From Vicinamibacterales bacterium (GTDB lineage Bacteria; Acidobacteriota; Vicinamibacteria; Vicinamibacterales; JAMQPK01), in NCBI GenBank assembly GCA_963782595.1, contig CAWAKJ010000005.1, forward strand, positions 149,595-213,594: a stretch of DNA of 64,000 bases, read 5' to 3'. Below are positions 35,161-43,638 of this stretch, one piece after another. Made by a program: the position numbers and the translations under genes. The notes under the pieces are model-generated. The model worked only from the letters and a program-made list of their open reading frames with translations, ran no database searches and had not been told where the DNA came from. Every line of letters begins with the position of its first letter. The first letter of the stretch is position 1.

Positions 35161-36402
35161 GTGTTCGGCTTCTTTCGCGAAGGAAATACCCTGGTCTGCG
35201 ATGGTGTGTCACTCGAGAACGTCGCCCGCGACTACGGCACACCCCTCTACGTGTACAGCGCCGGGGCGATTCGGAAGTCGTACCGCGATCTGGACGAGGC
35301 CTTCGGCTCTCATCCACACCGCATCCACTATGCGCTGAAGGCGAACTCGTCGTTGGCGATCGTCCGGCTGCTGCGGGACGCCGGCAGCGCCGTGGACGCC
35401 AATTCGATTGGCGAGGTCTATCTCGCGATGCGGGCGGGCGTTGCTCCGTCCGACATCGTGTTCAGCGGAGTCGGCAAGTCGCCGGATGAGATTGAGCGGG
35501 CCGTTCCGCTCGGCCTCAAGGCCATCAACGCGGAATCCGCGGGCGAGCTCGAGCGAATCGACCGTGCGGCTCGAGCGCGGGGTGTGCGCGCCCGGGTCGC
35601 GATACGGGTCAATCCCGACATAGACGCGGGCACCCATCCCCACATCTCCACTGGCCTTCACATCAATAAGTTCGGTGTCCCGCTCGAACACGCCGGCGCG
35701 CTGTACCGCAGAATGTCCGAGCAGCCCGGACTGCAGCCGGTCGGCATTCACGTTCATCTTGGCTCGCAGATCATCAGCACAGAGCCGATTCAGCGCGCGG
35801 CGCTCGAAGTGGTGAGGCTCGCGCGGGAGCTGCGTGACGGGGGCATCGAGCTGGAGCACATCGATGTCGGCGGCGGACTTGGCATCTCCTACGACGGTTC
35901 CCGTGTGCCGACCGCGGCCGAATACGCCGCCGCCGTTCTTGCCATCGTGAAGCCATCGGGGCTCGCCGTTGCGCTGGAGCCGGGCAGGGCTATCGTGGGT
36001 GCCGCCGCTGTGCTGCTTGCGCGCGTGGTTGATCTGAAGCCGGCGGCCGCCGGGCACCATTTTGCGGTGCTCGACGCCGGTATGACCGAGCTGATGCGCC
36101 CCGCCCTGTACGGTTCGTTCCACCGCATCGAACCGGTGACGCCGCGCCCCGGGCGCGAGCTTTGCTACGACATCGTCGGGCCCGTATGCGAGAGCACCGA
36201 CATGCTCGGCCACGACCGGCGTCTGCCCCCGCTTGACGTCGGCGACCTCCTCGCCATTCTCGATGCAGGCGCGTATGGATCGGCGATGTCCTCGAACTAC
36301 AACCGGCGGCCGTTGCCAGTCGAGGTCCTGATCGATGCCGGAACAGCGACGTTGATTCGACGCCGGCAGACTATCGAGGATCAGCTGGCGCTGGAAAACT
36401 AG
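35161..36402 (+). CDS. lysA: Diaminopimelate decarboxylase
   Basis: PLP-Lys motif HYALKANS, GTPLYVYS, and the CESTD/ILDAGAYG C-terminal motifs. GTG start. Confidence 0.9.
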   Translation: MFGFFREGNTLVCDGVSLENVARDYGTPLYVYSAGAIRKSYRDLDEAFGSHPHRIHYALKANSSLAIVRLLRDAGSAVDANSIGEVYLAMRAGVAPSDIVFSGVGKSPDEIERAVPLGLKAINAESAGELERIDRAARARGVRARVAIRVNPDIDAGTHPHISTGLHINKFGVPLEHAGALYRRMSEQPGLQPVGIHVHLGSQIISTEPIQRAALEVVRLARELRDGGIELEHIDVGGGLGISYDGSRVPTAAEYAAAVLAIVKPSGLAVALEPGRAIVGAAAVLLARVVDLKPAAAGHHFAVLDAGMTELMRPALYGSFHRIEPVTPRPGRELCYDIVGPVCESTDMLGHDRRLPPLDVGDLLAILDAGAYGSAMSSNYNRRPLPVEVLIDAGTATLIRRRQTIEDQLALEN

Positions 36403-36424
36403 GGATTGGGGATTGGGGATTGGG
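36400..36424 (+). repeat. G-rich heptamer array TAGGGATTGGGGATTGGGGATTGGG
   Basis: Starts with the lysA TAG stop. Four G3-4 tracts separated by ATT. Confidence 0.85.
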
Positions 36425-36427
36425 CGA

Positions 36428-37033
36428 ATGCCGGGGATGCTGATTGCGTTCGAGGGGCTCGACCAGAGCGGCAAGGAAACACAGGCGCAGCAACTGCGCG
36501 AGCGGCTCCGCGAGTCGGGACACAAGGTGCGCCTTCTCTCGTTTCCGGACTACGGGACGTCGATCGGCGAGGAGATCGCGCGCGCATTGCAGGGCGAGCG
36601 CGAGTACGGCGCCGACGTGATGCAGTTGCTGTTTGTGGCCAACCGCCACGAGCGTCGCGAGGCGATTGTCGAATGGATTGCCGGCGGGTTGATTCTGCTG
36701 TGCGATCGCTATCGCGCCTCGAGCATCGCGTATGGCGAGGCACAGGGGCTGGATCCCCTATGGCTGGAAGACATCCAGCGGTTCCTGCCGGCGGCCGACC
36801 TGACCATCTATGTCGACATTGCACCTGAAACGGCAGCGAAGCGCAAAGCCACCGATCGGGACCGTTACGAGCGCGACCTCGCGCTGCTCGGGCGCGTGCG
36901 AGAAAGCTACCGCCATCAGGCGGCACAGCCGGACTGGGTGCTGATAGACGGAGAGCAGACGAAAGACGCGATCGCGGAACAGGTGCTCGCCGCTGTGGTC
37001 GAGCGGCTGGCCAGCAGCCCCACCAGGGGTTAG
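36428..37033 (+). CDS. tmk: Thymidylate kinase
   Basis: FEGLDQSGKETQ P-loop and the CDRYRASSIAYG motif. ATG at 36428 or 36437. Confidence 0.9.
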   Translation: MPGMLIAFEGLDQSGKETQAQQLRERLRESGHKVRLLSFPDYGTSIGEEIARALQGEREYGADVMQLLFVANRHERREAIVEWIAGGLILLCDRYRASSIAYGEAQGLDPLWLEDIQRFLPAADLTIYVDIAPETAAKRKATDRDRYERDLALLGRVRESYRHQAAQPDWVLIDGEQTKDAIAEQVLAAVVERLASSPTRG

Positions 37034-37057
37034 GCCTGCTCGGGGATGAGGCCGCTC

Positions 37058-37088
37058 AGGGATTAGCGACTAGGGACTAGGGATTGGG
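37058..37088 (+). repeat. G-rich heptamer array AGGGATTAGCGACTAGGGACTAGGGATTGGG
   Basis: Lies between tmk and comF. Contains the comF stop and its last codons on the opposite strand. Confidence 0.8.
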
Positions 37089-37878
37089 AACGCCGCTTTG
37101 TGATGACCCGTGCGGCGGTGAGCGCGAAGACGTCTGACGCGCCGGATTCTTTCAGCACGCGAGCGCACGATTCCAGCGTCGCACCCGTTGTGCTGACATC
37201 GTCTATCAGCAGCACCTTCATGCCCCGTACGCTCGCCTTGCCCAACCAATCCCGCCGGAGACCAAACGCATCAGCGACGTTGGCCTGACGTCGGTCTGCC
37301 GCCAATTCCACTTGCGCTCGTGTATGGCGCCGACGAGCCAGTGCGTGGACGACAGGAAGACCGAGATGCCGGGCGAGCTCGCGGGCCTGATTGAATCCTC
37401 GAGAGTATTCCCGGCGCCGGTGAAGAGGGACAGGCACGACGCAATCCGCCGCGGTCAACAACTCCGCACCACGCACACGCATCAGCGCGGCGAGTGGTTT
37501 TGCCAGCGAGCGGCGGCCGCTGTACTTCAGCGCGTGAATAATCTCTCTCAGCGTGCCGTCGTACTCGCCGATGGCGCGCGCCCGATCGACTGTGGCCCGA
37601 TGCTGGAGACAGAGCGCGCACAGGGATTGAGGATTAGGGAGTGGGGATTGGGGCTGTCGTGCGAGCGGGTCGCCGCAGACGTCGCAGACCGGCGGTGTGA
37701 TCGGCCGGATCGAGGCCCAGCAGGCGCCGCACACGCAGCCGGACAGCGGCTCTGCAAGGATGCTTCCGCACACGGCGCAGCCTGGCGCAAGGACGGCTGT
37801 GGCCAGCGCGTTGGCAGCGAACCGCAGTCCAGGGATTAGGGATTGGGGACTAGGGATTAGAACTGTCACGCGTGTCAT
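37063..37878 (-). CDS. comF: ComF-family phosphoribosyltransferase-domain protein
   Basis: N-terminal CxxC pairs (CAVCGS, CDVCGD, CALC) and the PRT motif VLLIDDVSTTGATL. Both ends and one internal segment are repeat-derived. Confidence 0.8.
   Translation of the reverse strand: MTRVTVLIPSPQSLIPGLRFAANALATAVLAPGCAVCGSILAEPLSGCVCGACWASIRPITPPVCDVCGDPLARQPQSPLPNPQSLCALCLQHRATVDRARAIGEYDGTLREIIHALKYSGRRSLAKPLAALMRVRGAELLTAADCVVPVPLHRRREYSRGFNQARELARHLGLPVVHALARRRHTRAQVELAADRRQANVADAFGLRRDWLGKASVRGMKVLLIDDVSTTGATLESCARVLKESGASDVFALTAARVITKRRSQSLVPSR
37622..37653 (+). repeat. G-rich heptamer array inside comF
   Basis: AGGGATTGAGGATTAGGGAGTGGGGATTGGGG is read in frame on the minus strand as QPQSPLPNPQSL. 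Confidence 0.8.
37831..37860 (+). repeat. G-rich heptamer array AGGGATTAGGGATTGGGGACTAGGGATTAG
   Basis: Encodes the comF N-terminal LIPSPQSLIP. Lies immediately downstream of the four-helix-bundle gene. Confidence 0.85.
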
Positions 37879-38261
37879 GCCCCTGCGCGCCCGTGGTGAT
37901 CCCGCGCCTCTAGTGATTCGACAAGGCCGTGCAACATGTTTCCGATTGGATCGATGTATTGCATTCCCTTCATGAGGAGCGGTCCAGGGACGAGCTTTCG
38001 CCGCCGGATCAATTCGAAGAGCGTTTCAACCTCTCGATGGGAACCCAGCGAGTAGGAGAGATGATTTAGATACGCCTTCGTCGGGCGGCGACTTCCTTCC
38101 GCGATGTTGGAAGGGATTGAAATGCCGGCCGGTATCAGTTGGTCGGCAAAGGTGAATCGGTAAGGATGCGGAATGGCCTCGACGATGTCGAAACACACCT
38201 CGGCCAGATCCATGCTGGTTTGCCAAACGACGAGATCTTTGAAGGAGTTAATTTGCGTCAT
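37875..38261 (-). CDS. Four-helix-bundle protein (23S rRNA intervening-sequence protein family)
   Basis: FKDLVVWQ...IPSNIAEG...YL..S.GS..E family pattern. Lower GC than its neighbours. The stop overlaps the comF start (ATGA). Confidence 0.8.
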   Translation of the reverse strand: MTQINSFKDLVVWQTSMDLAEVCFDIVEAIPHPYRFTFADQLIPAGISIPSNIAEGSRRPTKAYLNHLSYSLGSHREVETLFELIRRRKLVPGPLLMKGMQYIDPIGNMLHGLVESLEARDHHGRAGA

Positions 38262-38298
38262 GCAGCTTGAGGGGCAAGCTGCGTGCCGTCGAAAAATC

Positions 38299-38320
38299 AG
38301 GGATTGTGATTAAGGATTGG
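38299..38320 (+). repeat. Degenerate G-rich heptamer array AGGGATTGTGATTAAGGATTGG
   Basis: Upstream of the four-helix-bundle gene. Confidence 0.6.
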
Positions 38321-38396
38321 TGAGTAGTGCAGAAACTGCCGCGCTGCGGGGTGCGACGGATCGCAGAAAACGAAAAACGCGCGCCTCGGCTGAACG

Positions 38397-38424
38397 AATC
38401 CCTTATCCCCAAACCCTAGTCCCT
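38397..38424 (-). repeat. G-rich heptamer array in inverted orientation (AATCCCTTATCCCCAAACCCTAGTCCCT on + strand)
   Basis: The only copy that is C-rich on the + strand. Contains the rsfS stop codon. Confidence 0.75.
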
Positions 38425-38817
38425 GGAGTGGGTGTGAGGCGGCGCAGGTTCAGGCACCTCTATCCGGTCCGCCGAGCCCCATAGTCGTTCGAGCGAATAA
38501 AAGGCTCGTGTGTCCGGGCTGAAGATGTGCACGATGAAGTCGAAGTAGTCGAGCAGAATCCAACCGGCGCGGTCGCCCCCTTCGATATGTGCGGGCTTGA
38601 CGCCTTTCGAACTCAGTGACTCCTGAATGGCGTCGGAAATGGCCTGGATCTGCCGCGTGTTCTGGCCGGTCATGATGACGAAGTAGTCCGTGAAGCCTTC
38701 AGCCGGGCGGAGATCGAGCACGACAACGTCGGCGGCCTTGCGATCGTGCGCCGCGTCGATGGCGCGCTGGACCTGTGCGGGGAACTTCGTCGATGGCCGT
38801 TTGCGTGGAGGAGTCAC
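38416..38817 (-). CDS. rsfS: Ribosome silencing factor
   Basis: DVVVLDLRPAEGFTDYFVIMTGQNTRQ...WILLDYFDFIVHIF...YSLERLW (iojap/RsfS pattern). Confidence 0.9.
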   Translation of the reverse strand: MTPPRKRPSTKFPAQVQRAIDAAHDRKAADVVVLDLRPAEGFTDYFVIMTGQNTRQIQAISDAIQESLSSKGVKPAHIEGGDRAGWILLDYFDFIVHIFSPDTRAFYSLERLWGSADRIEVPEPAPPHTHSRD

Positions 38818-39461
38818 AACACCGCCGCTATGGGCGCCGGCACGTACAGGTGATGTCGGCGGATATGGCCGGCGACGCTTGGCGGCACGAGACCGTCGAT
38901 CGACTCGCCGGCGCCGACGCGGCGACGGATCTCCGTGGCCGAGACGTCGGGTGTGATCGCCTCCACCGAAAACACCGTCGGCGCAGTCGGATTGACTGCA
39001 GGGATTAGGGATTGGGGATGAGGGATGAGTTCAGACACGCGCGGCGCGCCTGGGCGCGAGACGACCACGAAGTTCGCGAGGCTCATGATTCGCGGATAGT
39101 CGTACCACGTGGCCACCTCGGCGAAGGCATCGCTGCCCGTGACGAAATAGAGCTCCGACGACGAAAACCCTTCGCGGTGCAGCGCTTCGAGCGTCAACGC
39201 GGTGTACGAGGGCCCCTCGCGTCGCAGCTCGAGATCGGAAACAGCCATGTCGTAGTCCGCACCGGCCAGGGCGGCCATCGCGAACCGATGAAACGCAGAT
39301 GCGCGAGGCTCGGTGCTGCGATGCGGCGGCGTGCGCGCAGGCAGAAGCAGAACACGATCGAGCGACAGCACGCGCCGAGCCGCAGATGCGGCTTCGAGAT
39401 GGCCGAGATGGATAGGATCGAACGTGCCGCCGAGAATCCCGACGCGCAGGTGAGGGCTCAT
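38814..39461 (-). CDS. nadD: Nicotinate-nucleotide adenylyltransferase
   Basis: GILGGTFDPIHLGHL motif and the late SATEIRRR motif. Overlaps rsfS and obg by 4 nt each. Confidence 0.9.
   Translation of the reverse strand: MSPHLRVGILGGTFDPIHLGHLEAASAARRVLSLDRVLLLPARTPPHRSTEPRASAFHRFAMAALAGADYDMAVSDLELRREGPSYTALTLEALHREGFSSSELYFVTGSDAFAEVATWYDYPRIMSLANFVVVSRPGAPRVSELIPHPQSLIPAVNPTAPTVFSVEAITPDVSATEIRRRVGAGESIDGLVPPSVAGHIRRHHLYVPAPIAAVL
39000..39030 (+). repeat. G-rich heptamer array inside nadD
   Basis: AGGGATTAGGGATTGGGGATGAGGGATGAG is read in frame on the minus strand as LIPHPQSLIP. Confidence 0.8.
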
Positions 39462-40552
39462 TTTTTCTGATCTCGGCGCGCTCCCCCGCGCCGAGCAACC
39501 ACCGCCGGTGCGTCTGCGCGAGGCTGGTCTTCGGCGCCTTCAGGCTGGCTGAGATACTTCCAGACAGCCTCCTGCAGCGTGTCGAGCCCCTGGCCCGTGA
39601 CCGCGGAAATCCGGACGAAGGGAAGGTCGTGCGACCTCACGTGCGCCTCGAGGGCATCGACGGCCGACGGCTCGGTCACCGTGTCCATCTTTGTTGCCGC
39701 CACGATCTGCGGCTTCGACGCAAGCTCGTCGTTGAAGTGCGAAAGCTCGCGCTGGATCGTGTCGAAATCTTCCACCGGATCCCTGCCCGAGGCGCCCGAC
39801 ACGTCCACGAGGTGGATCAGCACCTTCGTGCGATCGAGATGCTTCAGAAAGCGATCGCCCAGTCCTCGGCCTTCGTGGGCGCCCGCGATGAGCCCAGGCA
39901 CGTCGGCGACGACGAAGCTGCGATTTCCGGTGAGGGAGACGACACCAAGATTCGGTATCAGCGTCGTGAACGGGTAGTCGGCGATCTTGGGTCTTGCGGC
40001 GGAAATCCGCGAAATCAGCGTCGATTTCCCTGCGTTCGGAAACCCCACGAGGCCCACGTCGGCCAGAAGCTTGAGCTGCAGCTGCAGCTGCTTGGTTTCC
40101 CCTGGTGTGCCTTCCTCGAACCGCCGCGGTGCCCGGTTGGTCGAGCTGACGAAGCGCGCGTTACCCCGTCCGCCGATGCCGCCCTTCGCGAGCAGCACGC
40201 GCTGTCCGGATTCGACGAGATCGCCCATGAGAATCGGGTCGTCGCCGGGCTCCGCCGGCTTCTCGTAGATCAGCGTGCCGACCGGTACTTCCAGTTCGAG
40301 GTCGTCCGCGTTACGGCCCGTGCGGTTCGAGCCTTCGCCGTGCCCGCCGCGTCTGGCGTGGAACTCGCGATTGAAGCGATAGGAAATGAGCGTATTGAGA
40401 TGGGGACTGGCAACGGCGTAGACCGATCCGCCCTTGCCTCCGTCGCCGCCGTCGGGGCCGCCCCGAGGAACGAACTTCTCGCGCCGGAAGCTGAGGCTGC
40501 CGGCGCCGCCGGCACCGGACTCTACGAGGATGTCGACTTCGTCGACGAACAT
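39458..40552 (-). CDS. obg: GTPase Obg/CgtA
   Basis: MFVDEVDI...GGPDGGDGGKGGSVY Obg fold. G domain has GFPNAGKST and DVPGLI. Confidence 0.95.
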   Translation of the reverse strand: MFVDEVDILVESGAGGAGSLSFRREKFVPRGGPDGGDGGKGGSVYAVASPHLNTLISYRFNREFHARRGGHGEGSNRTGRNADDLELEVPVGTLIYEKPAEPGDDPILMGDLVESGQRVLLAKGGIGGRGNARFVSSTNRAPRRFEEGTPGETKQLQLQLKLLADVGLVGFPNAGKSTLISRISAARPKIADYPFTTLIPNLGVVSLTGNRSFVVADVPGLIAGAHEGRGLGDRFLKHLDRTKVLIHLVDVSGASGRDPVEDFDTIQRELSHFNDELASKPQIVAATKMDTVTEPSAVDALEAHVRSHDLPFVRISAVTGQGLDTLQEAVWKYLSQPEGAEDQPRADAPAVVARRGGARRDQKK

Positions 40553-40563
40553 GGGAGTTGGCT

Positions 40564-40636
40564 GAATCTGAAACTAAAATCTGAAAACTAGAATCTGGAA
40601 TCTCCCAGATTCTAGATTATAGATTTTAGATTCTAG
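40564..40636. repeat. AT-rich heptamer array (GAATCTG/AAATCTG) with inverted partner
   Basis: Direct units lie on the left and AGATTCT/AGATTTT units on the right. Central 9-bp stem AGAATCTGG (40590-40598) / CCAGATTCT (40605-40613). Confidence 0.8.
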
Positions 40637-40644
40637 TTCCAGCT

Positions 40645-40902
40645 TCACTCGACTGGCAGCACGCTGATTTTGCGGCCACGGGCGCCGTGGTCTTCAAACC
40701 GTACACGGCCGGCGACTTTGGCAAACAGCGTGTCGTCTTTCCCGAGTCCGACGTTGATGCCGGGCTGGAACCGGCGTCCACGCTGACGGACCAGGATGGA
40801 TCCGCCCGAGACGATGTTGCCGTCGTGCCGCTTGACGCCCAGCCGCTGCGAATTGCTGTCGCGGCCGTTGCGTGAGCTGCCTTGTCCTTTTTTATGAGCC
40901 AT
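40645..40902 (-). CDS. rpmA: 50S ribosomal protein L27
   Basis: [25 protein letters not shown]. Confidence 0.95.
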   Translation of the reverse strand: MAHKKGQGSSRNGRDSNSQRLGVKRHDGNIVSGGSILVRQRGRRFQPGINVGLGKDDTLFAKVAGRVRFEDHGARGRKISVLPVE

Positions 40903-40910
40903 GGGTGGTG

Positions 40911-40958
40911 GTGAAAGTAAAAAGTAAAAAGTGAAACGTAGAAGTAAAAAGTAAGAGG
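40911..40958. repeat. A-rich tandem array (AGTAAAA/AGTGAAA units)
   Basis: GTGAAAGTAAAAAGTAAAAAGTGAAACGTAGAAGTAAAAAGTAAGAGG fills the entire rplU-rpmA spacer. Confidence 0.8.
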
Positions 40959-41273
40959 TCAGCCCACGATGTCCGTAATCCGGACACGCGTGAAGAACGC
41001 GCGGTGGCCGGCCTGTTTGCGGAAGCCCTTGCGGCGCTTCTTCTTGAACACGCGCACCTTCGGGCCTCGGGCCTCGCCGTCGACGACGCCGAGCACCTTG
41101 ACGCCGCTCACGAAGGGGGCGCCGGCGGTGATTTCGCCGCCGTCCCGCGCGAGAAACAGAACCTCCTCGAAGGTCACCTCTTTACCAGCCTCGGCAGCCT
41201 TTCCGTCGAGCTCGACGGTGGCACCCGGCGTAACCTTGACCTGACGACCCCCGGCTTGAATGATGGCGTACAC
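40959..41273 (-). CDS. rplU: 50S ribosomal protein L21
   Basis: [14 protein letters not shown].... Confidence 0.95.
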   Translation of the reverse strand: MYAIIQAGGRQVKVTPGATVELDGKAAEAGKEVTFEEVLFLARDGGEITAGAPFVSGVKVLGVVDGEARGPKVRVFKKKRRKGFRKQAGHRAFFTRVRITDIVG

Positions 41274-41357
41274 GGACAGTCCTCCTGCAGAAAGAACTTA
41301 AAAGTATAGCACAGAGCCGTTTACTGGGCAGGGATGAGGGGGTGAGCCTCAACGAAC

Positions 41358-42140
41358 CTATTTGATGAGCACCCTCGATCCGCGGACACGCTGTGTGCTC
41401 AACGTGCTGAGGAAGCGCGGAATGATCTCGTCCATCAGCTCGAAATAGGACGACAGCGCCGGGGTGTTGTCGTTCTGGTTGTACAGCCGCTCCTCGCGCA
41501 GTGCCTCGGAGTAGATCTGTGCGCCCGAACGGCCGTCGATAAAGATGAACTTCTCCTGCAGGATGAAGCCTTTGCGCTCCATGTATTCACGTACCGGCTC
41601 AATGTAGCGGCGCCCGAGCCGATCGAAGACCTCGCGCTCGCGTTGCACCATCCCCGACTGCGAATGTGGCGTGAAGAGGACCGTGCCGGTCACGATGAGA
41701 GGGTTCTGATATTCCTCGCCGATCCGCTTCCAGTAATCGGCGTCGGCGAAGATGTGCTCGTACGGCTGGAGATCCTTTTCGTTCTTGATCGCGGTCTGCT
41801 CGTCGGTCTGCGCCGCCGGCTCTGCGGCGGGCCCCGCGGCCTGTCCTTCGGGCCCGCGGCCCGCGGCGACCTCCATCAGCGGCAGCACGTCGGCGTCGAT
41901 GACACGAAGGCTCGATTTCATCCGGAGCTGGCTGCGCAGCAGCCGGACCGTCTCGAGATTGCCGTCCACATCGTCTGTCCCACCGGAGATGAACCCGGCA
42001 ATGAAGACGCGCTGGAATGCCGACACGTCGAGCTTGGCCGCGATCGGCGTCTCGATCGGAATCTCGTAAAAGCTGGCGCAACCAACCACGCCCACGGCGA
42101 GCACGCAGCTAAGGAGTTTGAGACTGATTCGTCCGGTCAT
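41358..42140 (-). CDS. Hypothetical lipoprotein
   Basis: MTGRISLKLLSCVLAVGVVGC lipobox-like signal. Start set at ATG 42140, because the longer ORF to 42410 is out-of-frame overlap with the TPR gene. Confidence 0.55.
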   Translation of the reverse strand: MTGRISLKLLSCVLAVGVVGCASFYEIPIETPIAAKLDVSAFQRVFIAGFISGGTDDVDGNLETVRLLRSQLRMKSSLRVIDADVLPLMEVAAGRGPEGQAAGPAAEPAAQTDEQTAIKNEKDLQPYEHIFADADYWKRIGEEYQNPLIVTGTVLFTPHSQSGMVQREREVFDRLGRRYIEPVREYMERKGFILQEKFIFIDGRSGAQIYSEALREERLYNQNDNTPALSSYFELMDEIIPRFLSTLSTQRVRGSRVLIK

Positions 42141-42462
42141 GGATTTCCTTGAACAGCTCGAAATTCTGCCGCACCAGAGCGTTATCGGGCTCCAGCTTGA
42201 GCGCCCGCTCATAGGCTTCTGCCGCCTTGTCGAGCATGCCCTCGTGTTCGTAGGCGACCGCCAGATTGTTGAACCCGGCCGCATAGGTCGGATCGATCTG
42301 GGTGGCCCGCTCCCATCGGTAGATGGCTTCCTTCCACAGGCCGCGCTGCGCCACAGAGATCCCGAATTCCACCTGCGCTTTTGCGTCCGACCGCGCATCG
42401 GCGTATGCAACGCCGGCGAAGGCCGTCAAAAGCACCACAACGGAGAAGACACGCATTGGCAT
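42109..42462 (-). CDS. Secreted TPR-repeat protein
   Basis: Signal peptide MPMRVFSVVVLLTAFAGVAYA. TPR consensus (AIYRWERATQIDPTYAAGFNNLAVAYE..., AYERALKLEPDN). Confidence 0.7.
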   Translation of the reverse strand: MPMRVFSVVVLLTAFAGVAYADARSDAKAQVEFGISVAQRGLWKEAIYRWERATQIDPTYAAGFNNLAVAYEHEGMLDKAAEAYERALKLEPDNALVRQNFELFKEIHDRTNQSQTP

Positions 42463-42525
42463 AGAGACAATCCCAACTATAGCAGGGCCGGCCCCAAGGG
42501 GTAAGCGGAAAGCGGACACTCCAGC

Positions 42526-42572
42526 GGTTGGGGATTGGGGATTAGGGATTGGGGACTGGGGGTTGGGGATTA
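42526..42572 (+). repeat. Longest G-rich heptamer array (six G4-5 tracts)
   Basis: GGTTGGGGATTGGGGATTAGGGATTGGGGACTGGGGGTTGGGGATTA lies in the divergent spacer between the TPR gene and dprA. Confidence 0.85.
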
Positions 42573-42623
42573 CAATCGAGACAAGGTCAGGCACTTGGCT
42601 CACGCTGCGCGACAGGAGCAGTC

Positions 42624-43544
42624 GTGAGTACCAACATTATTGCAATATCGGCGGGCGACGTTCGGTATCCCACTGCGCTTGCCGCCATCTACGATCCTCC
42701 AGCCGTCCTCTGGGTAAGAGGCCATCTCGACGGGCTGCGCGCGCCGGCCGTGGCCATTGTCGGGTCGCGCCGGGCCTCGCCGTACGGTCTGGAAGTGGCG
42801 AGACGGCTCGGCGCCGATCTCGCGCGCCGGCACGTGACGATTGTCAGCGGCATGGCGCGCGGCATCGATTCGGCCGCGCATCGCGGCGCCCTGGAAGCCG
42901 ACGGCGTCACGGTCGCCGTGTTCGGCTGCGGCGTCGACGTCATCTACCCGCCCGAACACCGCGCGCTCGCCGATCGCATCTGCGAGCGCGGCGCCCTTGT
43001 CAGCGAGTGCGATCCCGGCATGCCTCCTTTGAAGTCCAACTTTCCGCGCAGAAATCGCATCATCTCCGGGCTCTCGCTGGCGGTCGTCATCGTCGAGGCG
43101 GCCGAAAAGAGCGGTTCGCTCATCACGGCGGACTGTGCGCTCGAGCAGGGGCGCGCCGTACTGGCGGTGCCGGGCAACGTCCTCGGAGGCCGCAACTTCG
43201 GGGCGCACGCGCTTCTGCGCGATGGTGCAAAGCTGGTCGAGTGTGCGGACGATATCTTGGAGGAGATCTCTCCAGGATTGACACGGCCGGGAGCCGGAAG
43301 CCGGCAGCCGCAGGGCGATGGCGATGAACCCGCGAGCCGCACAAACGCGTCTCAGGATGCAGTGCTGCTGTCGATGGTCGAGGGCGATTCGTACGATCTC
43401 GACGAGATCTCCGAGCGCTCGGGAGTCGATCGCGTGAAGTTGCTGCCGCGGTTGCTCGAGCTGGAGCTTGCGGGTGCGCTGCGCCGTGTCGAAGGCGGCC
43501 GATTCGTGCGGTTTCGCGGTCCTTCGGCGCCGTTCGTTCCGTGA
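42624..43544 (+). CDS. dprA: DNA-processing protein DprA (Smf)
   Basis: AIVGSRRASPYG, GMARGIDSAAHRGAL and SGSLITA motifs. GTG 42624 follows AGGAG. Confidence 0.85.
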   Translation: MSTNIIAISAGDVRYPTALAAIYDPPAVLWVRGHLDGLRAPAVAIVGSRRASPYGLEVARRLGADLARRHVTIVSGMARGIDSAAHRGALEADGVTVAVFGCGVDVIYPPEHRALADRICERGALVSECDPGMPPLKSNFPRRNRIISGLSLAVVIVEAAEKSGSLITADCALEQGRAVLAVPGNVLGGRNFGAHALLRDGAKLVECADDILEEISPGLTRPGAGSRQPQGDGDEPASRTNASQDAVLLSMVEGDSYDLDEISERSGVDRVKLLPRLLELELAGALRRVEGGRFVRFRGPSAPFVP

Positions 43545-43638
43545 CCGCATTCGGGACGAGCTCCAGAGCTTCGTGGACGGCCGCGACGCCGTGCGCAGGG
43601 TCGAAGTGCGGACCGTGCTAAGGTATTTGAAAGGTTTC

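Noticed and set aside
35087-35317. N-terminal 77-aa extension of the ECF sigma factor (ORF track start 35317).
   Set aside because: The extension is Arg/Ser/Pro-rich, has no sigma region and overlaps the lysA coding start on the opposite strand. The conserved sigma sequence begins near GTG 35086.
42141-42410. N-terminal 90 aa of the 350-aa ORF 41358-42410, and residues 1-47 of ORF 42109-42603.
   Set aside because: These upstream parts are out-of-frame overlap with the TPR gene or translated heptamer repeat (IPNPQSPIPNPQSP). Plausible signal-peptide starts exist at 42140 and 42462.
36400-42572. The GGGATT arrays as telomeric repeats or a CRISPR array.
   Set aside because: The arrays are 20-47 bp long, internal to a gene-dense segment and dispersed. 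Their period is 7 nt with no unique spacers, and no cas genes or linear-replicon end features are present.
43468-43638. Upstream extension of topA (ORF track start 43468), and similar extensions of xerC (47571), NtrC (51159), the lipoprotein (59526) and DUF1059 (48797).
   Set aside because: The conserved N-termini begin at internal ATGs (MAKALVVVESPAKAK, MRETLRDF, MGRILIADD, MHIRR, MQKVINC). The extensions overlap upstream genes or repeats.
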